A DNA stretch of 64,000 nt from an uncultured Acidobacteriota bacterium (GTDB taxonomy: Bacteria; Acidobacteriota; Thermoanaerobaculia; Gp7-AA8), in the NCBI GenBank assembly GCA_963822445.1, contig CAWGHO010000001.1:224001-288000 (forward strand), written 5' to 3'. The notes under the pieces are model-generated. The model saw only the letters and a list, made by a program, of their open reading frames with translations, searched no databases and had not been told where the DNA came from. Of the stretch, positions 1 to 8,636 are shown in pieces; the first letter of the stretch is position 1; the number at the start of each line of letters is the position of its first letter. The position numbers and the translations under genes are program-made.

Positions 1-824
1 GGCAGCGCGCTGATCACGATCTCGCCGTCCTCGACTTCCCACTTGGCGCGCTGGCGGACGAGCCGTTGCCGGTCTTGTACATCTCCCGGATCTCCGCCGG
101 CGGCGTGATGATCTCCGCGCTGGTCGGGAAGTCGGGGCCTTTGACGTGCTTGGTGAGCTGCGCGAGCGTGGCGTCGGGGTTGTCGAGCAGCTCCACGCAG
201 GCCGTCGACGATCTCCCGCACGTTATGCGACGGGATGTCCGTGGCCATGCCCACCGCGATTCCCGACGCGCCGTTCAGCAGCACGTGCGGAAGGCGCGAC
301 GGCAGGAGCTTCGGCTCGCGCATGGTGCCGTCGAAGTTCTGCCCCCAGTCGACGGTGCCCTGCTCCAGCTCGGACAAAAGCGACTGAGCGAACCTCGCCA
401 GCTTCGCCTCGGTGTACCGCATCGCCGCGAACGACTTCGGGTCGTCCGGCGAGCCCCAGTTCCCCTGCCCCTCGACGAGCGGATAGCGCATCGAGAAGGG
501 CTGGGCCATGAGGACCATCGCTTCGTAGCAGGCCGAGTCGCCGTGGGGATGGAACTTGCCGATCACGTCGCCGACCGTGCGCGCCGATTTCTTCGGCTTC
601 GAGTTCGGCCCCAGGCCGAGCTCCGACATCGCGTAAACGATGCGCCGCTGAACGGGCTTCAGACCGTCAGCAAGGTGCGGCAGGGCCCGGTCCAGGATGA
701 CGTACATCGAGTAGTCGAGGTACGCCTTGCGCGCGAAATCGCCGACGGGGAGGTTCTCGATGTCGGGGAGCGTGGGCGGGGGTGGGTTGAAGGAGAGCTG
801 TTGTTTGGATTTACGGGTCGGCAT
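1..824 (-). CDS. parC: DNA topoisomerase IV subunit A, N-terminal part (runs off left edge; compensating +1/-1 indels near 202 and 60)
   Basis: Manual translation from ATG 824: MPTRKSKQ...[32 protein letters not shown]...[43 protein letters not shown]; the segment [12 protein letters not shown] is in a shifted frame. Confidence 0.95.
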   Translation of the reverse strand, partial: MPTRKSKQQLSFNPPPPTLPDIENLPVGDFARKAYLDYSMYVILDRALPHLADGLKPVQRRIVYAMSELGLGPNSKPKKSARTVGDVIGKFHPHGDSACYEAMVLMAQPFSMRYPLVEGQGNWGSPDDPKSFAAMRYTEAKLARFAQSLLSELEQGTVDWGQNFDGTMREPKLLPSRLPHVLLNGASGIAVGMATDIPSHNVREIVDGLRGAARQPRRHARAAHQARQRPRLPDQRGDHHAAGGDPGDVQDRQRLVRQRAKWEVEDGEIVISAL

Positions 825-998
825 CGGTTCTCAAAGACGCGCATAAGGTACTTGATTCGCTCCCGTCGCGCGACAGCAAAGAATCGGGCCACGTCGATAC
901 CCAAACGGGCTTCGCCGAGGTACTTTGTTACCGTGAGCGGGATCGCCGCGATGGAGTGCTTCTTTCCACGAACGCCAGTATTGCGACTCGTGGTCGAA

Positions 999-1637
999 GT
1001 GAACTGGCTGGAGCGGCTGCGCCTCGCCGTCGATCGGAGCGGGAAGAAACACAGTGTCGTCGCCCGCGACGCTGGCGTCGCGCCGACGACGCTAAGCCGC
1101 ATCCTGAACGCGCGGATGAATCCGACCTTCACCACCGTCGTGCGCATCACCCGCGCGGTCAATGAGAACGTCGGCTGGCTGCTCGACGAACGCCCTTTCG
1201 CTCTGTCCGCGGATGAGCAGAAGCAACTGCGCAAGGTGGTGCGCTTCCTCGATGACACCTTGCTGTCCTCTTCATCGTCGCGGCGCGAGCGGCCGGAGCC
1301 GAACGCCGACCATGCCGGCGGCGTGGAAGTACCGCGCGCGTACGCCGTCCGCGGCGCAAGACTGGTCTACGAGGCCTCGGGCGACTCGATGATCGGCGCC
1401 GGCATCGCCGACCGCGATCTCCTCTTCGTCAAACCGACGAAAAGCACGCGCGAAGCAGCCGGTCGCGTCGTCGTCTGCCGCGTCGACAATGCCGTGTACG
1501 CGCGTGTGCTCGATGTGCGCGCCGGCCGCATCCGCCTCCTGACCCGCAATGAACGGCATCCATCGATCGACGTCGATGCCTCGAGCCAGTTCGAGTTGAT
1601 CGGCATCGTGGTCGGCCGGAGCGGTCCGATCACGTAG
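999..1637 (+). CDS. XRE-family HTH / S24 (LexA-like) transcriptional regulator
   Basis: From GTG 999: HTH VARDAGVAPTTLSRILN; C-terminal GDSMIGAGIADRDLLFV...VVVCRVD resembles the LexA peptidase domain. Confidence 0.85.
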   Translation: MNWLERLRLAVDRSGKKHSVVARDAGVAPTTLSRILNARMNPTFTTVVRITRAVNENVGWLLDERPFALSADEQKQLRKVVRFLDDTLLSSSSSRRERPEPNADHAGGVEVPRAYAVRGARLVYEASGDSMIGAGIADRDLLFVKPTKSTREAAGRVVVCRVDNAVYARVLDVRAGRIRLLTRNERHPSIDVDASSQFELIGIVVGRSGPIT

Positions 1638-1656
1638 CAGACGTAAGATGGCGGCG

Positions 1657-2754
1657 ATGCGGAACGCCTTGAACGCCGTCGCGCTGTGTGTTGGCCTCGC
1701 GTGTGGGCCGCTGCTGCAAGGCTCGACGCCCGAGATTGTCTGGCAGTTCGACACAGCCGGTTGAGTGTTCTCTCCGCCCGCGGTCGCGGGCGATCTGGTT
1801 TACATAGGTTCGTGCTCGGGAACGTTCTACGCGCTCGACCACGATACGGGAGAGGAACTCTGGTCTTATGACATCCGTCGCGATGGAAAGCAGTCCAGTT
1901 TCCATGGGGACGTTGTTGTCGATGAGGGCGCGGTTCTGTTCGGCACAGATATGGTTTGTGCGCCCGAGGCAATCGGCCACGTCTACGCCGCGCATCCGAC
2001 GACCGGCAAAATCCTCTGGAAATATCGCTCGCCGGTCAGTGTGTCGGCGAATCTTCTGCGTATCGGCTCGTCTGTCTGTTTCGGCACGACCTTCGCGGAG
2101 TGGGGTTGTCTCGATCGAACGAGCGGACGCCTTCAGTGGAAGGCGCCGCTGACGACTACAGAGGCGACGTGCGAGCTGCCGATGTGGGGCGCTGCCGACA
2201 GCAAAAGACTGTTCGCAATCGCCCCGGATGGAACGCTTACCGCACTACGATCACAAGACGGCCGTGTACTGTGGAAGCGTCGGCTCGGTGCTCGCGCGAC
2301 GACGTCACCTCTTATCGCGAAAGGAGTTCTGCACATCGGTGCGGCGGACAACCGCGTCTATTCGCTGAACGCCGCAACAGGTCGAGTCCTGCGCGCCGTG
2401 CCTGTGCGCGGCCAGCCGGTCGGCCGGCCCACGCTTACGCGGGACGCACTGTTCATTGTGCTGAAGAATCCCAGTGACCCAAAAGGCCTGCTCGTAGCGC
2501 TCGATCCAGCAGGCAAACGCGTCAAGTGGTACCGGGAGCACCCGCGAACCTTCGCATCAGAACAACCGCATGTCTGGCGCGATATCGTCATCGTTGGCGA
2601 TTGCACCGGTGAGGTGAATGCATTTTCTAGTTCCGACGGGACGCCGCAGTGGCAGGTCAACGTCGGTGGTTGTGTAAGGAGCATTGCCAGTTCGGACGAG
2701 TATCTTTTGGTGGGGACGGAAGAGGGTGTCGTGTCGGCTGTGCGTCCATTCTGA
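1657..2754 (+). CDS. Exported PQQ-like/BamB-type 8-bladed beta-propeller with in-frame TGA (candidate selenoprotein, U36)
   Basis: In-frame signal peptide MRNALNAVALCVGLACG and first blade IVWQFDTAG precede TGA 1762-1764 and continue VFSPPAVAGDLVYIGSCSG; eight W...G/ALD..TG repeats. Confidence 0.85.
1775..1792 (+). promoter_or_regulatory. Putative bacterial SECIS hairpin
   Basis: CGCCCGC-GGTC-GCGGGCG: perfect 7-bp stem with a GGUC loop, starting 10 nt after the in-frame UGA. Confidence 0.7.
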
Positions 2755-3071
2755 TACGTCGATGATCGTGGCCGACATGCTCGCAAGCGTCTTCGGCTAC
2801 AGCAAAGTACAACGAGATTACCCGTGAGTTGTGTGTGTGTGTGCGCGGCATGTACTGCGACCTCGCCGTGAAACTCTGGTCGATGCGTACCGCCATCTCC
2901 CGGAACGTTCTCAAACGAGAGGCGATCGAAGACGAGCCGGCGACCCAAGTGCGCAAAAGAAGCCATCGCGAGCCGGCGAACCGCAAGCTGCAAGTACTGA
3001 AGTCAGAAAACACTGCAGACGAACCCGCGGCTGGCAGTCCGTCGGCAGAAAGGTCGCATGGCCAACGGTAA
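2750..3071 (+). pseudogene. Degraded remnant of an HsdR-N-type restriction endonuclease-like gene
   Basis: Across a frameshift: SDTSMIVADMLASVFGYSK/YNEITRELCVCVRGMYCDLAVKL, then RNVLKREAIEDE; a (TG)n tract lies at about 2830-2843. Confidence 0.5.
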
Positions 3072-3518
3072 CGTCGTAGCCGACCGGCTGACTGGTCCGC
3101 CCGTGCCGGGCCGACCCGCGACGGTCGACAGAGCGTTTTCGCGTTGGGGCCTAAGTGATAGCTAGGCCGACGAATGACGATTCTCGCGGGGACACCTCTC
3201 CACGAAGCTCCGCGTACCTGCACGATCGTGCGTCTCAGGCACCGGGCGGCGGCCGGGGAACCCTTAACCCCACGCCGTTCGGCGCCGATCAGAAAACGGC
3301 CACCGCGATACGCGGGTCAATAGCAACCAACTGAGGGCTGCCAAGCTTTGTTATTTGTTGCTCCACTTCACACGTGTGCTGAGTGACCTGGATGAGAAAA
3401 TCGCAACTGGGGCGTTCCGCGCTTCAGGCTAGGCACAGCCTCAGACAGAGGTAGGGTTTTCGCTTCCGCTGACACTCCTAGAACAGAGCGGCTACTTAGC
3501 GGCACACGGGAGGTTTCC

Positions 3519-4385
3519 ATGCGCACACGATTTCGAGCGTCGATGCACACAGCAATCGACGTCATCCTCGTGCTCATCGGCTTCATCGTGCTTCTTCTGA
3601 TTGGTTATGTCCAAACGCAAACAGCCAAGGAGCAGATCGCCGCTCTGGCGACGAGTTTGATCGCCGCCGGCCTCATCGATTTTCTAGTTCGTTCGCTTCA
3701 TGACGAACCGACAGCACAAACTATTGAAATGGCGTCCGACACGCGCGCCAAGCTTGACCGTTCCTATCGCAAGCGAAAGTATGAGGCGGCGGAGACAGAT
3801 ATCGTCAGCGTCGCGTTGATGAATGTACTTGAAGAGATAGCGCATGACGAGGACGATAAGTTCTTGAAGCACATTGTCTTCGACGGAGCGAAGGTGAGGC
3901 TAGCCTTTCTTTCACCATCCGCATCATACGTTCGACAACGGGCAACGGAGGACGGAGTTCCAGAGGAAGACCTGAAGGCCACGTTGCAAGACTCGGTGCG
4001 GTCATGCATGCGTGTGTTTGAGCGCTTGCAGGCAGTTTATGAAGCGGCCGCCGATAGGCGCGCGCATGAGCCTCACGGTGCCGGGATGTTTGTCATTAGG
4101 GCGGTAGACCTTTGCCCGTATTTTTCGATCAATAGGACGGACGACGAAATGTTATGGGGGCTATACACCTCAAATCACAGAGGTGTCTACGCACCGGTCT
4201 TTCATGTCAAGCGCACCTCCGCGGTGTTCGAAAAACTTACGACACACTTTGAGCGGCTATGGACTTTGTCCGATCAGCGCGATGTTGTCAGGTACTACCA
4301 TCCGAGCCGGCCGACAATAAACCGCCCTCTTGTGGCGCAGTTGCTGGGAGAGAGAGCGCCGACAGACGGCCTAACTTTGGTGTGA
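3519..4385 (+). CDS. 2-TM + DUF5919-like (PLD-fold) protein; integron gene cassette ORF
   Basis: Two N-terminal hydrophobic helices; VRLAFLSPSAS..RQRATEDG, PYFSINRTDDEM..GLY, APVFHV..FERLW; GGAGG RBS; AT-richer codon usage; the ORF end overlaps the attC site. Confidence 0.7.
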   Translation: MRTRFRASMHTAIDVILVLIGFIVLLLIGYVQTQTAKEQIAALATSLIAAGLIDFLVRSLHDEPTAQTIEMASDTRAKLDRSYRKRKYEAAETDIVSVALMNVLEEIAHDEDDKFLKHIVFDGAKVRLAFLSPSASYVRQRATEDGVPEEDLKATLQDSVRSCMRVFERLQAVYEAAADRRAHEPHGAGMFVIRAVDLCPYFSINRTDDEMLWGLYTSNHRGVYAPVFHVKRTSAVFEKLTTHFERLWTLSDQRDVVRYYHPSRPTINRPLVAQLLGERAPTDGLTLV

Positions 4386-4560
4386 AGCTGGCACGGCCCG
4401 GCTTCGGCCCGGCAGCCGAGCCGCCTACGTTGTCGCCAGCGTGACGGCGTCACAGCGGTTGCAGTTCGCCACTCGGTGCTACGCACGTCATTGGCGGCAA
4501 CCGCCGCTCCGGCTTCGGCACGCGGAACCGGCCGTGCAGCTTACACCAAGGACGTTAGCC
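4369..4560 (+). mobile_element. Integron attC recombination site (no integrase in window)
   Basis: R'' GCCTAAC (4369) and R' GTTAGCC (4554-4560); arms TTGGTGTgAAGCTGgCACGGCCcGG and CCGGCCGTGCAGCTTACACCAA are complementary apart from single unpaired bases. Confidence 0.75.
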
Positions 4561-4804
4561 GGACGTAAGAAAGCCCGCCTCGCTATCTCAGCGCGGCGCG
4601 AGTTTCCAGCGCTGGCGGCCGGAACATCGTCAGCTCTCCAAAGATGCACTCTCAACGACGTTAGCCCCCGGCCGAGGACCGGATGGTGGCCACCCACTCA
4701 ATACCGTCGTCGATGGCGTTTGAGTATCGATACGACAAATACGGAAACCCTGGTGAAGTGCAGGTAAACCACGGCGAATCACGGATTACGGTTATACTTT
4801 CTTC

Positions 4805-5410
4805 ATGCGGAAAATACTTATTGTCGTCGCGATTCTCTCGTATGCCGTCGTCGGGTATGCACAGACCACCGAGTCCTTGTGGGCTGATCTGACCGCTGGA
4901 AACGCCCGATTCGTCGGGGGAAGCCTGGACTACTGCGCCTTGCAGCAGTTGAGGAATGCGACGGCGGGCGGCCAGTCACCGCCGACATCGATTCTCTCCT
5001 GCGCTGACAGTCGCGTTCCTGCAGAGCTGGTGTTCGATCGCAGCATTGGAGAACTGTTCGTCGTCCGAGTGGCCGGCAACGTTGACGAGACCTTCGGTGT
5101 GGCCAGCCTCGAATACGCTGTCCTGAACGGCTGGTCCAAAACGATTGTCGTGATGGGCCACAGCGAGTGCGGCGCGGTGCAAGCGTCGCTGACCGAGCCG
5201 AAGCCGGGTGAGCCCACGCCGGCCCTCTATCAGCTCATCCTGCGCATCCGAAAGTCGTTCAAGACGCCGCCGCGTGATCTTCGCGAGGCGACGATCATGA
5301 ACATCAAGTACACCGCCGAGCAACTGGCGCTGAACCCCAAGCTCAAGGGCGTACCGATCGTGAGAGCGTACTACGACGTCGCGAGCGGGAAGGTCGAACG
5401 GATTCCGTAA
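4805..5410 (+). CDS. Exported beta-class carbonic anhydrase
   Basis: Signal peptide; Zn motifs CADSR and GHSECGAV; ELFVVRVAGN. Confidence 0.93.
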   Translation: MRKILIVVAILSYAVVGYAQTTESLWADLTAGNARFVGGSLDYCALQQLRNATAGGQSPPTSILSCADSRVPAELVFDRSIGELFVVRVAGNVDETFGVASLEYAVLNGWSKTIVVMGHSECGAVQASLTEPKPGEPTPALYQLILRIRKSFKTPPRDLREATIMNIKYTAEQLALNPKLKGVPIVRAYYDVASGKVERIP

Positions 5411-5497
5411 TCCCCATCTCGTCGGCCTGCTCGACGCATGAAGTGAAGTCGTTTACCGGGCAGGTTTCTGTTACCTTCCCCTCCCGGAGGGCTCCTC

Positions 5498-5974
5498 ATG
5501 CAACGCTGCTTCGTCCTCGCCGCTTTCGCTCTTCTGGGGATGGCGTGTGCCACCTCCTTCGTTCCGACGACGAACTCCTCGGCTGAGCTGACCCGGTACG
5601 TCGACGAAGCGGCGCGGCTCGTTCAGACTCGAGGGGCTGCCGCGTGCGGCGCGCTTCACGGACCGAAGTGGAAGTCGGGCCAGTACTACGTCTTCGTCAC
5701 GAGCGCGGAGACGAACGTCACCGTCTGCCATCCGGTTCGCGACGATCTGGTTGGGCAGGACCAGACCAACCTTCAGGATGCCAACGGGAAATACTTCATT
5801 AGGGAAATGCTGGCCGTTGCAAGCAAGCCCGAAGGAAGGAGTTGGGTCGATTACATATGGCCTCGGCCGGGCGAAACGACGCCTGCGCAGAAGGCCGCCT
5901 ATGTCGTAAGCGTCGCCGGCCCTGACGGGAAACGGTACGTCGTTGGAAGCGGCGCTTACGGAGTCGTGCACTAG
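5498..5974 (+). CDS. Stand-alone Cache-domain lipoprotein
   Basis: Lipobox LGMAC; YVFV..HP..LVG....LQDANGKYFIREM..WVDYIWPRPG..K..YV..VGSGAY. Confidence 0.85.
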   Translation: MQRCFVLAAFALLGMACATSFVPTTNSSAELTRYVDEAARLVQTRGAAACGALHGPKWKSGQYYVFVTSAETNVTVCHPVRDDLVGQDQTNLQDANGKYFIREMLAVASKPEGRSWVDYIWPRPGETTPAQKAAYVVSVAGPDGKRYVVGSGAYGVVH

Positions 5975-5978
5975 CACC

Positions 5979-6602
5979 GTGGTCGAATTCGCATACACCT
6001 CCCCTGACCCGACGTGGTCCAACGCATACCTCTGGCCGGAGTTGTTGCGCATCCTGGCTCGGGAAGCGCCCGCGCCACACGCGGTTTTCGAGCTCGGTTG
6101 CGGGAACGGTGCAACAGCACGCCTGCTCGCTCAACGTGGGTATTCAGTGACCGGCGTCGATCCCTCGACGTCGGGGATCGCGATCGCAAAAGAACACGCA
6201 TCCGAACGCCTTCAGTTCGAAGTCGGGTCGACGTCGCATGATCTGGCGGACCGCTTCGGCACGTTTCCGGTCGTCGTCAGCCTCGAGGTCATCGAGCATT
6301 GCCCTTCGGCTCGCGATTTCATGCGCACCTTCAACTCGCTCCTCGCGCCTGGCGGCCTTGGAATCATCTCCACTCCCTACCACGGCTACGTCAAGAACCT
6401 CGCGGTGATCGCGCTCGGCGGTTTCGATCATCACTTCAATCCATTGTGGGAGGGCGGGCATCTCAAATTCTTTACGATCCGAAAGCTGCGGGAACTCTTC
6501 GGCGAATTCGGATTCATGACGCCTGAATTTCATCGTGTAGGCCGTGTGCCGATCGTTGCGAAATCTGTAATCGCAGTCATTCGCCGCGATCCGGCGGCGT
6601 GA
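5979..6602 (+). CDS. Class I SAM-dependent methyltransferase
   Basis: ELGCGNG, GVDPS, SLEVIEH, ISTPYHGY. Confidence 0.88.
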   Translation: MVEFAYTSPDPTWSNAYLWPELLRILAREAPAPHAVFELGCGNGATARLLAQRGYSVTGVDPSTSGIAIAKEHASERLQFEVGSTSHDLADRFGTFPVVVSLEVIEHCPSARDFMRTFNSLLAPGGLGIISTPYHGYVKNLAVIALGGFDHHFNPLWEGGHLKFFTIRKLRELFGEFGFMTPEFHRVGRVPIVAKSVIAVIRRDPAA

Positions 6603-6633
6603 CCGGCATTCGGGACCCGGCTATAGTTTCCCG

Positions 6634-7416
6634 ATGGCCGACAACCTTGAACTCACCCCTCCGCGCGACGAGAAGCTCGGACCGTTCCAGCTGGTCATGC
6701 TCGTCCTTTCGATTTACGTCCTCATCGCACTCTTCGTCGAGGCGGCTGTCGATCTGCCGGCCGAGGTGAAGACTCTGCTTCAGCAGATCGACAACGCGAT
6801 CTGCGTCATCTTTCTGATCGATTTCTGCATTCGCCTTGCGAGATCGCGGGACCGCTGGCGCTTCATGCGCTGGGGTTGGATCGACGCTGTGTCGAGCATC
6901 CCCATGGTCGATGCGTTCCGTTGGGGACGGCTGGTGCGGATCATCCGCATTCTGCGCATGCTTCGCGCGTTCCGCTCCACGCGCGTGCTGGTGAAGTACT
7001 TCTTCAGGAACCGGGCCCTGGGAACATTCGCCACGGTCGCGCTGATCTCGGTGACGCTCACCATCTTCTCGTCGATTGCCGTGTTGAATTTCGAGGACGT
7101 GCCCGAAGCGAACATCAAGTCGGCGTCCGATGCGCTCTGGTGGTCGTTCGTGACCATCACCACCGTCGGCTATGGCGACAAGTTCCCGGTCACACCCGAA
7201 GGACGTGTCATTGCAGTATTTCTGATGACCGCTGGCGTCGGGCTGTTCGGCACATTTACAGGGCTTCTGGCCAGCTTCTTCGTCGAGGCCGAACAGGAAA
7301 AGGACGAGGCGGAGGACGACGCGGAAGCCGACGCGGTTCTCGTCGAGCTCAGGGCGATTCGCGAGGAGCTGGCCGCACTCAGAATGGCAACCGCGTCGCG
7401 AACGATCGAGCCGTGA
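6634..7416 (+). CDS. Voltage-gated-type potassium channel
   Basis: Selectivity filter TTVGYGD; Arg-rich S4 RLVRIIRILRMLR; six TM segments. Confidence 0.92.
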   Translation: MADNLELTPPRDEKLGPFQLVMLVLSIYVLIALFVEAAVDLPAEVKTLLQQIDNAICVIFLIDFCIRLARSRDRWRFMRWGWIDAVSSIPMVDAFRWGRLVRIIRILRMLRAFRSTRVLVKYFFRNRALGTFATVALISVTLTIFSSIAVLNFEDVPEANIKSASDALWWSFVTITTVGYGDKFPVTPEGRVIAVFLMTAGVGLFGTFTGLLASFFVEAEQEKDEAEDDAEADAVLVELRAIREELAALRMATASRTIEP

Positions 7417-7420
7417 CCCG

Positions 7421-7795
7421 TCACTTCGACGTTCGAATCGTGACGATGTAATCGGCCTTCTTTGTCTCGCCTGACCCGACAGGCTCAGGCTTCACCTCGA
7501 CTAGCGTAATCGTCAGGCCCGCGAGTTTCCCCACGGACGCTCCAGCGCTCGCGTTCGTGTGCAGCACGACGGACTCGCCGCCGGCCTCCAGGCGCACAGC
7601 CGCGTCGCCGGCCCAGACGCAGGTCACGTCTTTCGGGCATCGGCTCTCGGTGACGTCTGTGAACAAGATCCGCTTGCCCGCAATCGTCACCGTGCCGCCG
7701 TATCGCACCGTGTGCGTCCCGTCCGCAGAGACGGGCTCCGACGGCGACGAGGTGCAGCCGACAGTCCAGAGCAGAACGGCGATGAGCAATCTCAT
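7421..7795 (-). CDS. Hypothetical lipoprotein
   Basis: Lipobox TVGC; ESRCP.DV.CVWAGDA motif. Confidence 0.75.
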   Translation of the reverse strand: MRLLIAVLLWTVGCTSSPSEPVSADGTHTVRYGGTVTIAGKRILFTDVTESRCPKDVTCVWAGDAAVRLEAGGESVVLHTNASAGASVGKLAGLTITLVEVKPEPVGSGETKKADYIVTIRTSK

Positions 7796-7863
7796 GCAAC
7801 ATGTATAGCACTTCGGGCGGTGGCGGTAGACGCGTGTTCTCGCCGACGCGTATCACGGCTCGG

Positions 7864-8631
7864 ATGCGAACTCTCCTTCTCTCATTGTTCGTCTCTCTCG
7901 CCGTTCACGCTCACGGCCAACAACTGGACGGCTTCGAACGCGTCTTCATCCCGTTCAAGAACGCAAACATCACAGGAATCGGAGGATCGCGTTTCAGTAC
8001 AGTGGGTACATCGATCCACCGCGCCGCTTACACCTACTGGCCGCATTGCGATTTTTCCTCGACGACGCCGGTGTTCGGACGTCTCGAAGCAATCGGCGGC
8101 ATCGGCGTACCGCTGATCTGTGAGGGCGGGACGCGCGGGCGATTGTTCTTCGTCGAAGATGGCGCCGCGGACCAGATTTCGTTCGGATACACGATCGTCA
8201 GTTCTTCTGCCGAGGAAACTGCGGCCACCCATCGCGTGTCCATTCCTGTCGCGCGGGAACGGGATTTCAAGCGATCGCGATTTCATGTGGTCGTTCCTTA
8301 TGCGACCGGCCGCGTCACTCTCCGCGTTTACGAGATGAACGGACGCACCGAGGCGGCGGTCCGCGTCTCCGCGCGGGTCAGCATTCTCAGCTGGGCCGGT
8401 ATGGGGAGGGACACCGTGGTCACGTTGACGGGGCGCGAAGGAACGGATCCAAGCTATCCGTCATTCGCCGAAGTACCGCTCAACCTCGGATGCTTCGTCA
8501 CCTCTCCGCGCATCTGCTCGGAGTGGGATGCGGCCATCGAGATCACGCCACTGGTCGATGGCGAGTACTGGGCCGTGATCAGCCGAACGGACGACAGAAC
8601 GCAGCAGATCACGCTGTACTGGCCGCAATAG
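7864..8631 (+). CDS. Hypothetical secreted protein
   Basis: Signal peptide MRTLLLSLFVSLAVHAHG; beta-rich body ending YWAVISRTDDRTQQITLYWPQ. Confidence 0.7.
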   Translation: MRTLLLSLFVSLAVHAHGQQLDGFERVFIPFKNANITGIGGSRFSTVGTSIHRAAYTYWPHCDFSSTTPVFGRLEAIGGIGVPLICEGGTRGRLFFVEDGAADQISFGYTIVSSSAEETAATHRVSIPVARERDFKRSRFHVVVPYATGRVTLRVYEMNGRTEAAVRVSARVSILSWAGMGRDTVVTLTGREGTDPSYPSFAEVPLNLGCFVTSPRICSEWDAAIEITPLVDGEYWAVISRTDDRTQQITLYWPQ

Positions 8632-8636
8632 CGCGG

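Noticed and set aside
66-998. N-terminal 311 aa of the 523-aa ORF
   Set aside because: Antisense shadow of parC; the real regulator starts near 999.
1762-1767. TGA-GTG as a stop/restart between two separate genes
   Set aside because: It would leave a 35-aa signal-peptide-only product and a propeller lacking its export signal and first strand, with no SD before 1765; recoding or a point mutation fits better.
3080-3500. Possible ncRNA or riboswitch in the long intergenic region
   Set aside because: Only short hairpins and no recognisable family motif; an Rfam search would be needed.
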